From: Promethearchaeota archaeon | Lineage (GTDB): Archaea > Asgardarchaeota > Heimdallarchaeia > Hodarchaeales > Hodarchaeaceae | Length of the DNA: 64,000 nt | NCBI GenBank assembly: GCA_048938105.1 | Contig: JBHLMN010000004.1 | Coordinates: 160,001 to 224,000, forward strand | Direction of reading: 5' to 3' | Translations under genes and position numbers: made by a program | Shown here: piece after piece, positions 51,933 through 61,250 of the stretch | Layout: the number at the start of each line of letters is the position of its first letter | How positions within the stretch are numbered: the first letter of the stretch is position 1 | The notes under the pieces: generated by a model | The model's input: only the letters and a program-made list of their open reading frames with translations | The model's database searches: none | Told to the model about the DNA's origin: nothing

Positions 51933-51938
51933 AAAAAA

Positions 51939-52163
51939 ATGACCAAAAAACCAAAAAGGAAAGCGGGCTTTGCAAGTGCTCGCGTAGAAAAAGTTATACG
52001 AGACGCAGGAGCTTTTCGTGTTTCTGCTGATGCAGTCTATCGGTTAAACGAGATTTTAACAGAATATGGGATGAATATTGCTCGTTATGCCACTGAAATA
52101 GCACAACATTCTGGACGAAAAACTGTTCAAGAACCAGATATAAGACTGGCAGCAACTAAATAA
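51939..52163 (+). CDS. Archaeal histone (HMf-like) with a short Lys-rich N-terminal tail
   Basis: AGA.RVS.DA, H.GRKTV...DI.LA histone-fold motifs; N-terminal MTKKPKRK. Confidence 0.95.
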   Translation: MTKKPKRKAGFASARVEKVIRDAGAFRVSADAVYRLNEILTEYGMNIARYATEIAQHSGRKTVQEPDIRLAATK

Positions 52164-52185
52164 TGGAAAAAATGAGTATTCTTAC

Positions 52186-52207
52186 TTCTTTTTTTCATTT
52201 TCTTTTT
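52186..52207 (+). terminator. Oligo-T archaeal terminator after the histone gene
   Basis: TTCTTTTTTTCATTTTCTTTTT about 20 nt after the stop codon. Confidence 0.55.
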
Positions 52208-52280
52208 GTTCCAAGTATAAGTTTCAACCAAATCGGATTTTCGGAGGGAAAACGAATTTATTTCAATAGGGGTGATATAA

Positions 52281-52628
52281 GTGGTTAATTTTTGTGAAAA
52301 TTGTGGCAATCTATTAATTCCTAGGCAAAAAAAACGAATGAAAAAGGGATATGTTCATTTGTACTGTAATTATTGTAAAAAGGGAATTGATAAAGAATTC
52401 AAAGAAACTTCATATCTAGTTATAACTAGAATCCCACATAATGAAAAAGAACGAACTCATGTGATAGATAAAGTCTTTAGTATATTTCCAAAAGTACGAA
52501 ATATTTGCCCAAGATGTGGTTATGCTGAATCTGAATATTGGGAAGCAGGGGATCGTCGAAAAGATGAATGGGAGTCTATAACTTACTATCAATGCCTGCA
52601 ATGTAAGTGGATCTGGTTTGAATCATAA
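52281..52628 (+). CDS. TFS / RpoM-like two-zinc-ribbon transcription factor (divergent)
   Basis: FCENCGNLL...CNYC and CPRCG...RRKDE...YYQCLQC.W.W; GGGGTGA ribosome-binding site. Confidence 0.85.
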   Translation: MVNFCENCGNLLIPRQKKRMKKGYVHLYCNYCKKGIDKEFKETSYLVITRIPHNEKERTHVIDKVFSIFPKVRNICPRCGYAESEYWEAGDRRKDEWESITYYQCLQCKWIWFES

Positions 52629-52675
52629 AAATTCCTGGTTATGAACTAAACTGAATATTATTACTCTGTGATTAT

Positions 52676-53047
52676 ATGGTTAATCTATTTATTTATGGTT
52701 CTTTCATGAGAGGACATATAAATCATAAATATCTAAAAGGATATTCTTGCTGTAAAGCCATTTTACGTGGTTACAGAAGAAGTTGGCCAAGAGCTAAAGA
52801 TACAGCGATACTTGTTAAGAATAATGTGAGTTCTATAACAGGAGAATTGTATTGGAATATAACTAATAAAGATTTAGAAAAAATTGATCATTTACATGGA
52901 ACACCTCACAATTATACCCATAAAAATGTAGAAGTAATACTTCTAGAGAATAAGAAACCTGTTTCTGCGATTATATACGCTCCTACTGATGATATAATAA
53001 AACAATGGTTATTAATAGAAAAAAAAGAACAAATAGTTAAAGATTAA
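52676..53047 (+). CDS. Gamma-glutamylcyclotransferase (AIG2-like) family protein
   Basis: LFIYGS.M.G, I.GELY, DL..ID...G....Y, A..Y. Confidence 0.85.
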   Translation: MVNLFIYGSFMRGHINHKYLKGYSCCKAILRGYRRSWPRAKDTAILVKNNVSSITGELYWNITNKDLEKIDHLHGTPHNYTHKNVEVILLENKKPVSAIIYAPTDDIIKQWLLIEKKEQIVKD

Positions 53048-53165
53048 TGAATTCCTTTTAATTCGATTAGAAAATATGTAAGAAAGTCAATGTTAATACA
53101 TTTTATGAATATATCCTTAAATAATAAGGCAAGAAGATATTTTTCATATAATAAAATTTGAAAAT

Positions 53166-53203
53166 TAAGTTATTAAATAAAGAATAAGTTATTAAATGAA
53201 GAA
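53166..53203 (+). repeat. 19-bp tandem direct repeat (2 copies, 1 mismatch)
   Basis: TAAGTTATTAAATAAAGAA / TAAGTTATTAAATGAAGAA. Confidence 0.8.
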
Positions 53204-53327
53204 TTAGAATTAAACGAAACTAATCCTAAGACATGTTGATAAAAAATCAACTAAGTTAATTTCAACTAAAATAATCTTATCTTGGATATGCATCTTCAAA
53301 TATTAAATCGCTTCAGGAGGAATCTTT

Positions 53328-53516
53328 ATGAGTGAGAAAATCCGTAAAGAAATAGAAAAATTAGAAAATCAGGCTAAAAAATTAGATTCAGAGGTAATTC
53401 AAAAGCAGAAAGAAGTAGAAAAAATCAGAAAAAGAATCGCGGCAATGAAAATAGAAATGAAAAAGAAAATTGCAGAAGAAAAAGAAAAAGCTCTGAAAAA
53501 GATAGAAAAGAAATAA
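53328..53516 (+). CDS. Small Lys/Glu-rich coiled-coil protein
   Basis: 62 aa, continuous heptad-like helix; strong CAGGAGG ribosome-binding site upstream. Confidence 0.75.
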   Translation: MSEKIRKEIEKLENQAKKLDSEVIQKQKEVEKIRKRIAAMKIEMKKKIAEEKEKALKKIEKK

Positions 53517-53579
53517 TAATAGATTGATAAGGGGAGCTTTTTTGTACAAGGGAATATAAATGTGGAGAACCTCATTAGC

Positions 53580-54398
53580 CTAATGGAATCGTGATACGAT
53601 CTCGTTACGAAAATCTCTGATATTCTGAATAAGAATTTTTGCGTTGTGTGTAGTAACAATGATCTTGAATTGCATACGATAATCCAGTGAGTATAAGAAG
53701 AATTCTGGTTTATAACCAAAGATTCCTGTATAGATATCACATATCTCTTGAAGAGCATATTTTGTTTTTTCTAAATCCCCCAATGGTGCTCCCCAATTAA
53801 AAGAATATCTTATAACTTTCTCCTCTTTAAATAAACGAGCGATTTCCTTTAAGCCAAGGGCGCGAATTTCCTTCGATCCAAGTCTTCGTTTAATCTCATG
53901 TTCATAATTCATAATATTACTTCTGAGAAATATTCTGTTAGGAATATGGTGGAAAGAGTCATTTATAGTTCTAATTTTGGTATAATTAAGTGATATCTCA
54001 ACAACTTCCCCCTTGATGTCTGGTCGAATCGAAATGAAATCTCCAACTCCAAAGGGGTGAGTCATAAGTAGATATATACCCGCTAAAAAATTACTAATCC
54101 ATTGGACTGATCCAAAAGATATAATAGCTCCTAAGATCGCTGATAACCCAAAAGCAGACTCTAATGAAACATCAAAAAGAACCAAGAATATATAAAAACA
54201 TACAGTTATGGCACTTAGTCTTATTAGGATTTTTAAACCGTTAATCACATCTTGTGGAATGTACTCAATTTTTTTAACTTTATATGCCATTATTAACTGT
54301 AGTATCCACTGAATGAGAAAAACAACGATTATAGCAACCACAAATAATATAATCTTAAATTCTAGTGTCAAAAATAGTTCCATTTGAAATGCTGCCAT
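53580..54398 (-). CDS. MscS-family mechanosensitive channel
   Basis: Three TM segments; SNFLAG.....PF.VGD.I....GEV.EI.L.YT.I......IPN. Confidence 0.88.
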   Translation of the reverse strand: MAAFQMELFLTLEFKIILFVVAIIVVFLIQWILQLIMAYKVKKIEYIPQDVINGLKILIRLSAITVCFYIFLVLFDVSLESAFGLSAILGAIISFGSVQWISNFLAGIYLLMTHPFGVGDFISIRPDIKGEVVEISLNYTKIRTINDSFHHIPNRIFLRSNIMNYEHEIKRRLGSKEIRALGLKEIARLFKEEKVIRYSFNWGAPLGDLEKTKYALQEICDIYTGIFGYKPEFFLYSLDYRMQFKIIVTTHNAKILIQNIRDFRNEIVSRFH

Positions 54399-54400
54399 TT

Positions 54401-55297
54401 CTATTCTCCCTGTTGAAGCTCACTAAAAACTGATTTCGTAATAGATTCAGTGAAATACTTCCAAGTATTGAAAATTGTATATCCATTTAGAGCTGTAATT
54501 ATGAAAAACAGTTCTTGACGAAAATCATATTTACCAAAATAATAGCTGGGTTTAAAGCCAAAAATTGGGGTGAATTCTTCACAAACTTTTTCTAAACGTT
54601 CTTTCACGGTTTTAATAGGAATTGGTGGATTTAATAAGTCCAATCTTAATTCCATTTTAAATTGGTACCTTACTACTTCCTTTGTGGGTATATTGGTGGG
54701 ATAGGAATCAGGAATTATGTCTTTGAAAGTATAAGGTAATTCTCTTTTCTGATCTCCCTTCCGTAATCGAACATTGAAATTTAAAATAGAAGAGGTCATT
54801 AAATTACTGTTAGGTATTATCACTTTTGTTTTATCAATTCGAATAATTTTAGTGTAATTCAACCCAATCTCTTCTACTATTCCCTCTACTTTTTGAATTT
54901 TTATAAAATCACCAACATGAAATGGTCGCGTAATAATGATATAAAGTCCACCAATAATGTTTGAAGCAACTGAAGTGGAAGCAACCCCTAACGCAGCAGC
55001 GATGATTGCTGTTGTTCCTATTATGAATTCATCAGGAACTCCCAGTATTGGTAGAGTACTTAGGATGTATAATACAATCAAAATAATTTGACCAATACCG
55101 ACAAGTAAAATAGCCCCATTTTTAGTTTCAGGATGATCTGCAGCCCAATATCTGATTAATAATTTTAAAAAATATCCAACAATCCAAATCAATATTATAA
55201 AGGCTAATGCTGATAGTATTAAAACTAAGAACTCTGAAGAGTCATTGTTCACAGTGAGGGGACTTAATAGATCATCTATCAATTCTTTTATCATCAT
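54401..55297 (-). CDS. MscS-family mechanosensitive channel
   Basis: SNIIGG....RPFHVGDFI....EG.VEEIGLNYT......IPN. Confidence 0.88.
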   Translation of the reverse strand: MMIKELIDDLLSPLTVNNDSSEFLVLILSALAFIILIWIVGYFLKLLIRYWAADHPETKNGAILLVGIGQIILIVLYILSTLPILGVPDEFIIGTTAIIAAALGVASTSVASNIIGGLYIIITRPFHVGDFIKIQKVEGIVEEIGLNYTKIIRIDKTKVIIPNSNLMTSSILNFNVRLRKGDQKRELPYTFKDIIPDSYPTNIPTKEVVRYQFKMELRLDLLNPPIPIKTVKERLEKVCEEFTPIFGFKPSYYFGKYDFRQELFFIITALNGYTIFNTWKYFTESITKSVFSELQQGE

Positions 55298-55787
55298 TGA
55301 ACCCTATATCTACCTAGATCTTATAGAAATGATTTTTGGTTAAACTCTTAAAATCTTATTTATTTCATGCATGTATTTTTTAGAAGCTCTAAACCATCTA
55401 GTCAAATCATTGTTTAGATAGACTGTAATTGATTCATATAGTAAAGGTAGTTGTAAAATTATTTCTCATATGAAAATTAATAATGAGAGTTTAATACCAC
55501 TGATTCCTAGATAATATTTTTTTTTTAAATTCGTCTTATGGGTACTCTCATTTATCTCCTCTATTTTCTGAATTCTTAACTTGATCTGGTTAACTCATTT
55601 ATTGATCCAATATACCAGATGTGAAACTTAGGCAAAGAATTACTTACTTAGATAAAAGATATAGTTAAAGTGGGGTGATCCTTATAAAACCTTAATGGGC
55701 ATTAGTTTTTGAAGGTTCAAAGGTTAATTCTCTTTTTGCTATCCAGTAGAATAATGAATTTTTTATCATTTAGGAGATTGAAAAATA

Positions 55788-57164
55788 ATGGACCTAACCC
55801 AAGAAACAGAACAACAAATAACTCCCCCCTCAGTGAAGATTCGTCGTCCGTTTAAGGAATTTTTAAAAACAGAGGAATTTAGTGGGATTTTATTAATTCT
55901 ATGTACAATTTTGGCGCTATTAGCCGCAAATTCTCTATTGTCTCATGATTATTTTGAATTATGGGAAACTGACTTTTCAATCTCAATAAGTAGTTTTACT
56001 TTATCTAAACCCCTTCATCTATGGATAAACGATGGATTAATGGCTTTATTCTTCTTTGTTGTGGGTTTAGAGATCAAAAGAGAAGTTCTTGTAGGAGAAT
56101 TAAGATCACTTAAAAAAGCACTTCTACCAGTATCAGCAGCAATAGGGGGAATGATCGTACCAGCCATGATTTACATTATCATTAATATTAACAATCCAAG
56201 TGGAGCAAGGGGGTGGGGAATTTCAATGGCAACGGATATTGCGTTCGTCATTGGTGTCATGGCTTTATTAGGGACTAAAATTCCTTTTTCTTTGAAAGTT
56301 TTTCTAACGAGTCTAGCTATTGTTGATGATATCGGTGCCGTATTGATTATAGCATTATTCTATTCTCAGAGCATTGAATTGATCTTTTTGGTAGTTGCAG
56401 GTTCTCTTTTAGTAGGATTATTCTTCATTAATAAGTTAGGAATCCAGAATCACATAGTTTATGCAATAATCGGACTTATACTATGGTATTTTATCTTTCT
56501 AAGTGGTCTCCATGCAACAATTGCAGGGATATTGGTCGCTCTAGCGATTCCTGCAAGAACAAAAATAAACCCTGATGAGTTTATCGCAGAAGGCCAAAGG
56601 ATATTAGAAAGATTTAAGGCAGCTGGGCCTCGTGAGAGAGAAATTCTTCTTAATCGACAGCATCTTGCAGCATTAAAGACACTTGAGATATCTTGCTTAA
56701 ATGTACAAACCCCTCTTCAACGATTTGAACGAGGTCTTCACTATTGGGTTGCTTTTGCAATCATACCTCTCTTTATCTTTGCTAATGCTGGAATAGCTAT
56801 AGAATTAATCAATCTTGATATGTTTTTTCAACCAATAACCTTAGGAATAATTATGGGATTGGTATTTGGAAAACAAATAGGTATTTTTCTTTTTTCTTGG
56901 ATTTCTGTAAAGATTGGTTTGACTGAATTACCTTCTGGATTGACATGGGGACATGTTTACGGGGGCGCATGGTTAGGAGGGATTGGATTTACAATGTCCT
57001 TATTCATCTCGAGTCTTGCATTGATTGACCCAGGAAATCTTGTTATGGCAAAGATAGGAATCATTGTCGGTTCACTAATTTCTGGTATTATTGGGTATTT
57101 AATTTTAAGATATATTCACCTGAGAACTCAAGACTTATACAAGGAAATTTCTGAGAATATCTAG
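55788..57164 (+). CDS. nhaA: Na+/H+ antiporter NhaA
   Basis: WINDGLMA.FF..VGLEIKRE, MATDIAF, LAIVDD, GIGFTMS.FI. Confidence 0.96.
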   Translation: MDLTQETEQQITPPSVKIRRPFKEFLKTEEFSGILLILCTILALLAANSLLSHDYFELWETDFSISISSFTLSKPLHLWINDGLMALFFFVVGLEIKREVLVGELRSLKKALLPVSAAIGGMIVPAMIYIIININNPSGARGWGISMATDIAFVIGVMALLGTKIPFSLKVFLTSLAIVDDIGAVLIIALFYSQSIELIFLVVAGSLLVGLFFINKLGIQNHIVYAIIGLILWYFIFLSGLHATIAGILVALAIPARTKINPDEFIAEGQRILERFKAAGPREREILLNRQHLAALKTLEISCLNVQTPLQRFERGLHYWVAFAIIPLFIFANAGIAIELINLDMFFQPITLGIIMGLVFGKQIGIFLFSWISVKIGLTELPSGLTWGHVYGGAWLGGIGFTMSLFISSLALIDPGNLVMAKIGIIVGSLISGIIGYLILRYIHLRTQDLYKEISENI

Positions 57165-57206
57165 CTTATAATGCACTTCTCTTCTCCTCTTCTAACTGTG
57201 ATAGCA

Positions 57207-58994
57207 TTAGAATCTATTTATCAAGTAAAGTGTTGTTGTGATTGCATCTTCAAGATAATTAAATTCACGCATAAGTTGAGTGATCAAACAATTATACTCA
57301 AAACTGTTTAAATCAAGATTTGTGAGGTCTTCTAAGACACGATATACTCTAGGTAGAGGTTTAGCTAAAATACTGTATCCATAGGGGTCATGACTGTATT
57401 TTCCTGTTGCACTCCTAAATGCTGGGTTCAAGTGTCTTCCTAAAGATAACAACATTTTATTCAATTTATTAATTACAACTTTTTCTTTTTCACTCAGTTC
57501 TTCTCGAGTTTTCTCTGAATATTCTTTTGCTAAGCTATTGATTATTTCAGCTTTATTTTGAAAGAATTCTATTTTTCTCAGGATTGTATTTAATCTATCC
57601 TCTCTTGGGATTTCTCTATAATTTGTCTTAATTTCTTTTATTTCATTGATTATTTGTGTAGCAAAAGCTTCGTAATCCCAGGGAATTATGGAGTTATTCA
57701 AGAGTCTGATGATATATTCAAGATGGAGTTCAGCTTGAAGTCTTAATATTTCCTCATCCACTTTATCAAGAGTGTCTTCTTCACTGTGATACCACCAACC
57801 AAATAATGCATGGCCCAGTTTTTCCATTTCCTTTGGATCATATGTTGCGAATGTAAAGATGTAAGGAATACCAATCCCGATGAAGGAGTTGTCGCCAATC
57901 TTTAGCGGAAGTCTTTTTTCAGATTCTTTACCTAATATATCCTTTTCAACTTCTCCTAAGAATCTCCAAGTCTCTGGGGAAGAATATGAGATAAAGTGAC
58001 TTGTTCCTATCATGCCAAATCCATCAAAATTCACATAAGCTAAACCTCGTTCATTGAGCTCACTCCAATAATTATCAACAAACCAACCTGAACCTGCTGC
58101 TTCTCCTATTTCATGTCCATCCCAAAAAGCCATTAAGACTTCTCTATTTATGGTTTTTCTCTCCTTTGACAAGATTTTAGCTATTTCAAGCATAACAGCA
58201 TTTCCAGTTGAATTATCAGTCACAGTTCCTCCCCAAGATTCTAAGTGCCCTCCTATGACCAAAATCTCATTGAATTCTCTTTTTGGAGGAATTATCCTAC
58301 ATATTGGTTGATTAGACATCACCCACTTATCTTCTACCCTGCACTTTACGTTTACAATCACTTTATTTTTATTAAGTAGCAGCTTCAAAATCCCTGCATC
58401 TTTCTTCGAAATATTGACAGAGGGGATTCTAGGAATGCGATTTATATCATCCAACGTTAAGGGTCCCCACACATGCTTTATAGCCCCTCTACCAACAATT
58501 TTATTCTCAGGATGGCCCCAATTTGCTAGTATAATAGCAATAGCACCTTTGTCACGTGCAAGCCAGGCTTTTTCTGGTCTAGGGGGAGCATAGGATAAAT
58601 CAGCAAGAACTATGTTGTCCTTGACTTGTACCCCTTCATATTCTTCTTTTCCCCCTCTTTCAACGTATATTAATTCTCCATCTAATCCTTCTGGAGATGT
58701 ATTCTGGCTATAAAGATTAGGAAAGCTGGGTAGACTTTTTTCAATAGGTGAGAGGATGTTGACTTCAGATTCCACTGGATAACTGGTATAAATTGGAAAT
58801 TTGTCAATCCAAGTCTCAATATCTTGAATATCCTCTAAAAAACCCGTTATGAATAAACAGGCTTCTTTAATTTGATCCGTACCTGCGATCCGATTCTTAT
58901 AGCTAGATAACTCTTTGACAGATGTCATTATACTTTTAAGATCAATTATATGTTTATTTAACTTATTTGTGGAGGGATCCATTAAAATCACCAT
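57207..58994 (-). CDS. M28 family peptidase with PA domain
   Basis: PA domain (GELIYV..G, V...IVL, IPSV.IS); GGHLESW, DNSTG, GHE.G, YHSEEDTLDK. Confidence 0.85.
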   Translation of the reverse strand: MVILMDPSTNKLNKHIIDLKSIMTSVKELSSYKNRIAGTDQIKEACLFITGFLEDIQDIETWIDKFPIYTSYPVESEVNILSPIEKSLPSFPNLYSQNTSPEGLDGELIYVERGGKEEYEGVQVKDNIVLADLSYAPPRPEKAWLARDKGAIAIILANWGHPENKIVGRGAIKHVWGPLTLDDINRIPRIPSVNISKKDAGILKLLLNKNKVIVNVKCRVEDKWVMSNQPICRIIPPKREFNEILVIGGHLESWGGTVTDNSTGNAVMLEIAKILSKERKTINREVLMAFWDGHEIGEAAGSGWFVDNYWSELNERGLAYVNFDGFGMIGTSHFISYSSPETWRFLGEVEKDILGKESEKRLPLKIGDNSFIGIGIPYIFTFATYDPKEMEKLGHALFGWWYHSEEDTLDKVDEEILRLQAELHLEYIIRLLNNSIIPWDYEAFATQIINEIKEIKTNYREIPREDRLNTILRKIEFFQNKAEIINSLAKEYSEKTREELSEKEKVVINKLNKMLLSLGRHLNPAFRSATGKYSHDPYGYSILAKPLPRVYRVLEDLTNLDLNSFEYNCLITQLMREFNYLEDAITTTLYLINRF

Positions 58995-59016
58995 GAGTAA
59001 AAGGATGAGAGCGCTT

Positions 59017-60297
59017 TCATACTGGAGGTTCTGCTAGTGGATAGATATCTGAGGTGTTAGCTATCCCAGCAATCGTGTAAAAACCCGTTCCATTCCAATC
59101 CGACCAATAATTACCCTGTTGTAGTTCCAAATTGTACCAGTAATTAGAAGTTCCATTATCAGAAGCCTGTGAGAATCCATTTGGATTATTCTCTATAAAC
59201 GAGTTATGGAAAATTGTATTAGATATTGCTATTTCATAAGCAGAAAGAATATTGATTCCATATGCAAGATTATTTGTAATGGAATTATTAAATATCTGAC
59301 AATATGCTGAACCAAGAGTATAGATACCTTGGTAACATTTGGAGATGGTACAATTGGTGATAGTACAATTATTACATGTATCTAGGATGATACCTGAACT
59401 GTACCAACCTGGCCAAGTGGCCGTGTTATTAACGCAGATATTGTTTGATATTCTTGAAAAATTTGAACCACCTATATTTATACATACATCTTCGTTGTCA
59501 ACACAAGTATTGTCAATAATATTCGAGAAGTGGGAGTTGGTACAACAAATTGCTTCAGAATTATGAAAAAGGAAATTATTTTTAATTATTGACAAATCAG
59601 AAAAGTCTAGAATAATACCTCGATGGTGTCCTGAAATGATATTATTTGATAAAAAGCATTTTTTCGAATTTACAATTACTATTCCCTCGTAACCAGCTTC
59701 AGAAATGAGATTATTCGAGATATTGACCTCTGGAGAGGAAAAAATTGTGATACCAGCATGGGGACCTGTTTCCCATACCCGACAATCGTTATAAGTAATA
59801 TTGTTACCAAAGATTTTTGCTGTTCCAGGTGCAACATTTTCGATATTAATTCCTTCATAACAAATTTCTATGGTACATTTAGTGATTACAAAGTGTTTAG
59901 TAGTGTTATGAATCGAAAAACTATAAAATTGACCTGTGAGAGTATAATTAGAGAGGATATACGGATCATCTATTGTTCCTGTCCCAGAAGTACTATACTT
60001 GATAAAATCAGCATCAGAATGAATTTCAATGCCTGATCCTAGTGGTGGCCCAAAAAGAGATACTAAAAAAAATGAACCTATTAAAATTATGGATATGAAA
60101 ATGACGCAAATTATTACTATTCCCCCTATAATGATCAACCATGGACGATAAGATGGTGAGAGCTTTTTTACGGACATTCTTTGTGTAGGAGGAATTTGTT
60201 TCTGAACGGAGCTTGCTAAATTCGATCCACAATAGGTGCAGAATTTAGGTGTTTTCTGTGTTTCTAATTCTTTTCCACAAAAAGGACATTGAACCAT
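59017..60297 (-). CDS. Zinc-ribbon + single TM + right-handed beta-helix (NosD/CASH) protein
   Basis: CPFCG...FCTYCG; TM helix; G.GT..DPY, repeated GI......I.NN; GNYWSD...D.YPL. Confidence 0.85.
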   Translation of the reverse strand: MVQCPFCGKELETQKTPKFCTYCGSNLASSVQKQIPPTQRMSVKKLSPSYRPWLIIIGGIVIICVIFISIILIGSFFLVSLFGPPLGSGIEIHSDADFIKYSTSGTGTIDDPYILSNYTLTGQFYSFSIHNTTKHFVITKCTIEICYEGINIENVAPGTAKIFGNNITYNDCRVWETGPHAGITIFSSPEVNISNNLISEAGYEGIVIVNSKKCFLSNNIISGHHRGIILDFSDLSIIKNNFLFHNSEAICCTNSHFSNIIDNTCVDNEDVCINIGGSNFSRISNNICVNNTATWPGWYSSGIILDTCNNCTITNCTISKCYQGIYTLGSAYCQIFNNSITNNLAYGINILSAYEIAISNTIFHNSFIENNPNGFSQASDNGTSNYWYNLELQQGNYWSDWNGTGFYTIAGIANTSDIYPLAEPPV

Positions 60298-60405
60298 TCA
60301 TTATCTCTCTATAAATTTCTTGATTTCCAATGGAATTTCATTCATTTATGTAGTTTATCATCATCAAAACCACTCTCTCATTTCTCTTTATTTCTACTAC
60401 CAATA

Positions 60406-61152
60406 CTATTTCTTGTTCAGAGGACAGGCTCTTAGGCATTCAAAACAACGATAGCTGGAATGATCATCAATACCAACAGTATTCATGATTGTCTCAAAAT
60501 CAACCGTTCTTCGTAATTCTTTGTCTTTAAGTACATGAGTCATTAATGGATTCGTATTTCCATTCCGAATGCATAAATTATGATCGACTTTACCAGTTTT
60601 ATTAATAGCTCGAACAGGACACGCGTCTATACATTCAAAGCAATCTATAGGACAAAGTTCCCCTTGAATTTTCTTAGAGGGTTTTAAGGACGCTGAGGTA
60701 ATTAATCCTCCTAGAAGAATTCGTGTACCGTATTTAGGATGGCCCAATAATCCACTCTTCGTCAGTTTACCTAAACCAGCCTTTTCAGCCCAAGACACAA
60801 GGGGTAACAATCCCCTGAATTCACGATCGATGATTTTCCAAGGATAACAGGAATAGACAGGAGTGGATATGTAACCACTATTTTCTAAAAATAAGCACAA
60901 AGAGTTTGTAATAGCATCAATTGATCTGTACATCATATTACAATAACGCCAATATAGGAGAGATTCATTAAATTCAGAGTAAATAACACCCCTAGGTATT
61001 GGGACTGCGTAACATATAACTGATTTTGCATTTCTTAATAGCTTCTGAGGAGAAAAGTCTTTAACAATGTTATCCGTTGATGCAAAGCCAATCAGATGGA
61101 TTCCATGTTGTTGGAGAAATTTTGAGATTTTTCTGGGATCATAGTCATTCAT
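60406..61152 (-). CDS. Epoxyqueuosine-reductase/reductive-dehalogenase-like 4Fe-4S protein
   Basis: IGFA, P..LL..AKSVI, AEKAGLG...K..L..P.YG.R, C..CF.CI.ACP and C..CLRACP. Confidence 0.85.
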   Translation of the reverse strand: MNDYDPRKISKFLQQHGIHLIGFASTDNIVKDFSPQKLLRNAKSVICYAVPIPRGVIYSEFNESLLYWRYCNMMYRSIDAITNSLCLFLENSGYISTPVYSCYPWKIIDREFRGLLPLVSWAEKAGLGKLTKSGLLGHPKYGTRILLGGLITSASLKPSKKIQGELCPIDCFECIDACPVRAINKTGKVDHNLCIRNGNTNPLMTHVLKDKELRRTVDFETIMNTVGIDDHSSYRCFECLRACPLNKK

Positions 61153-61250
61153 AATGAATCACATTGATAATTTTTTTAGTTAGATTGATTCTTTCAGCAG
61201 CAAAAAAAGAGATCGGAAATAAATAATAAAATTCTTTTGTTGGATTTTAT

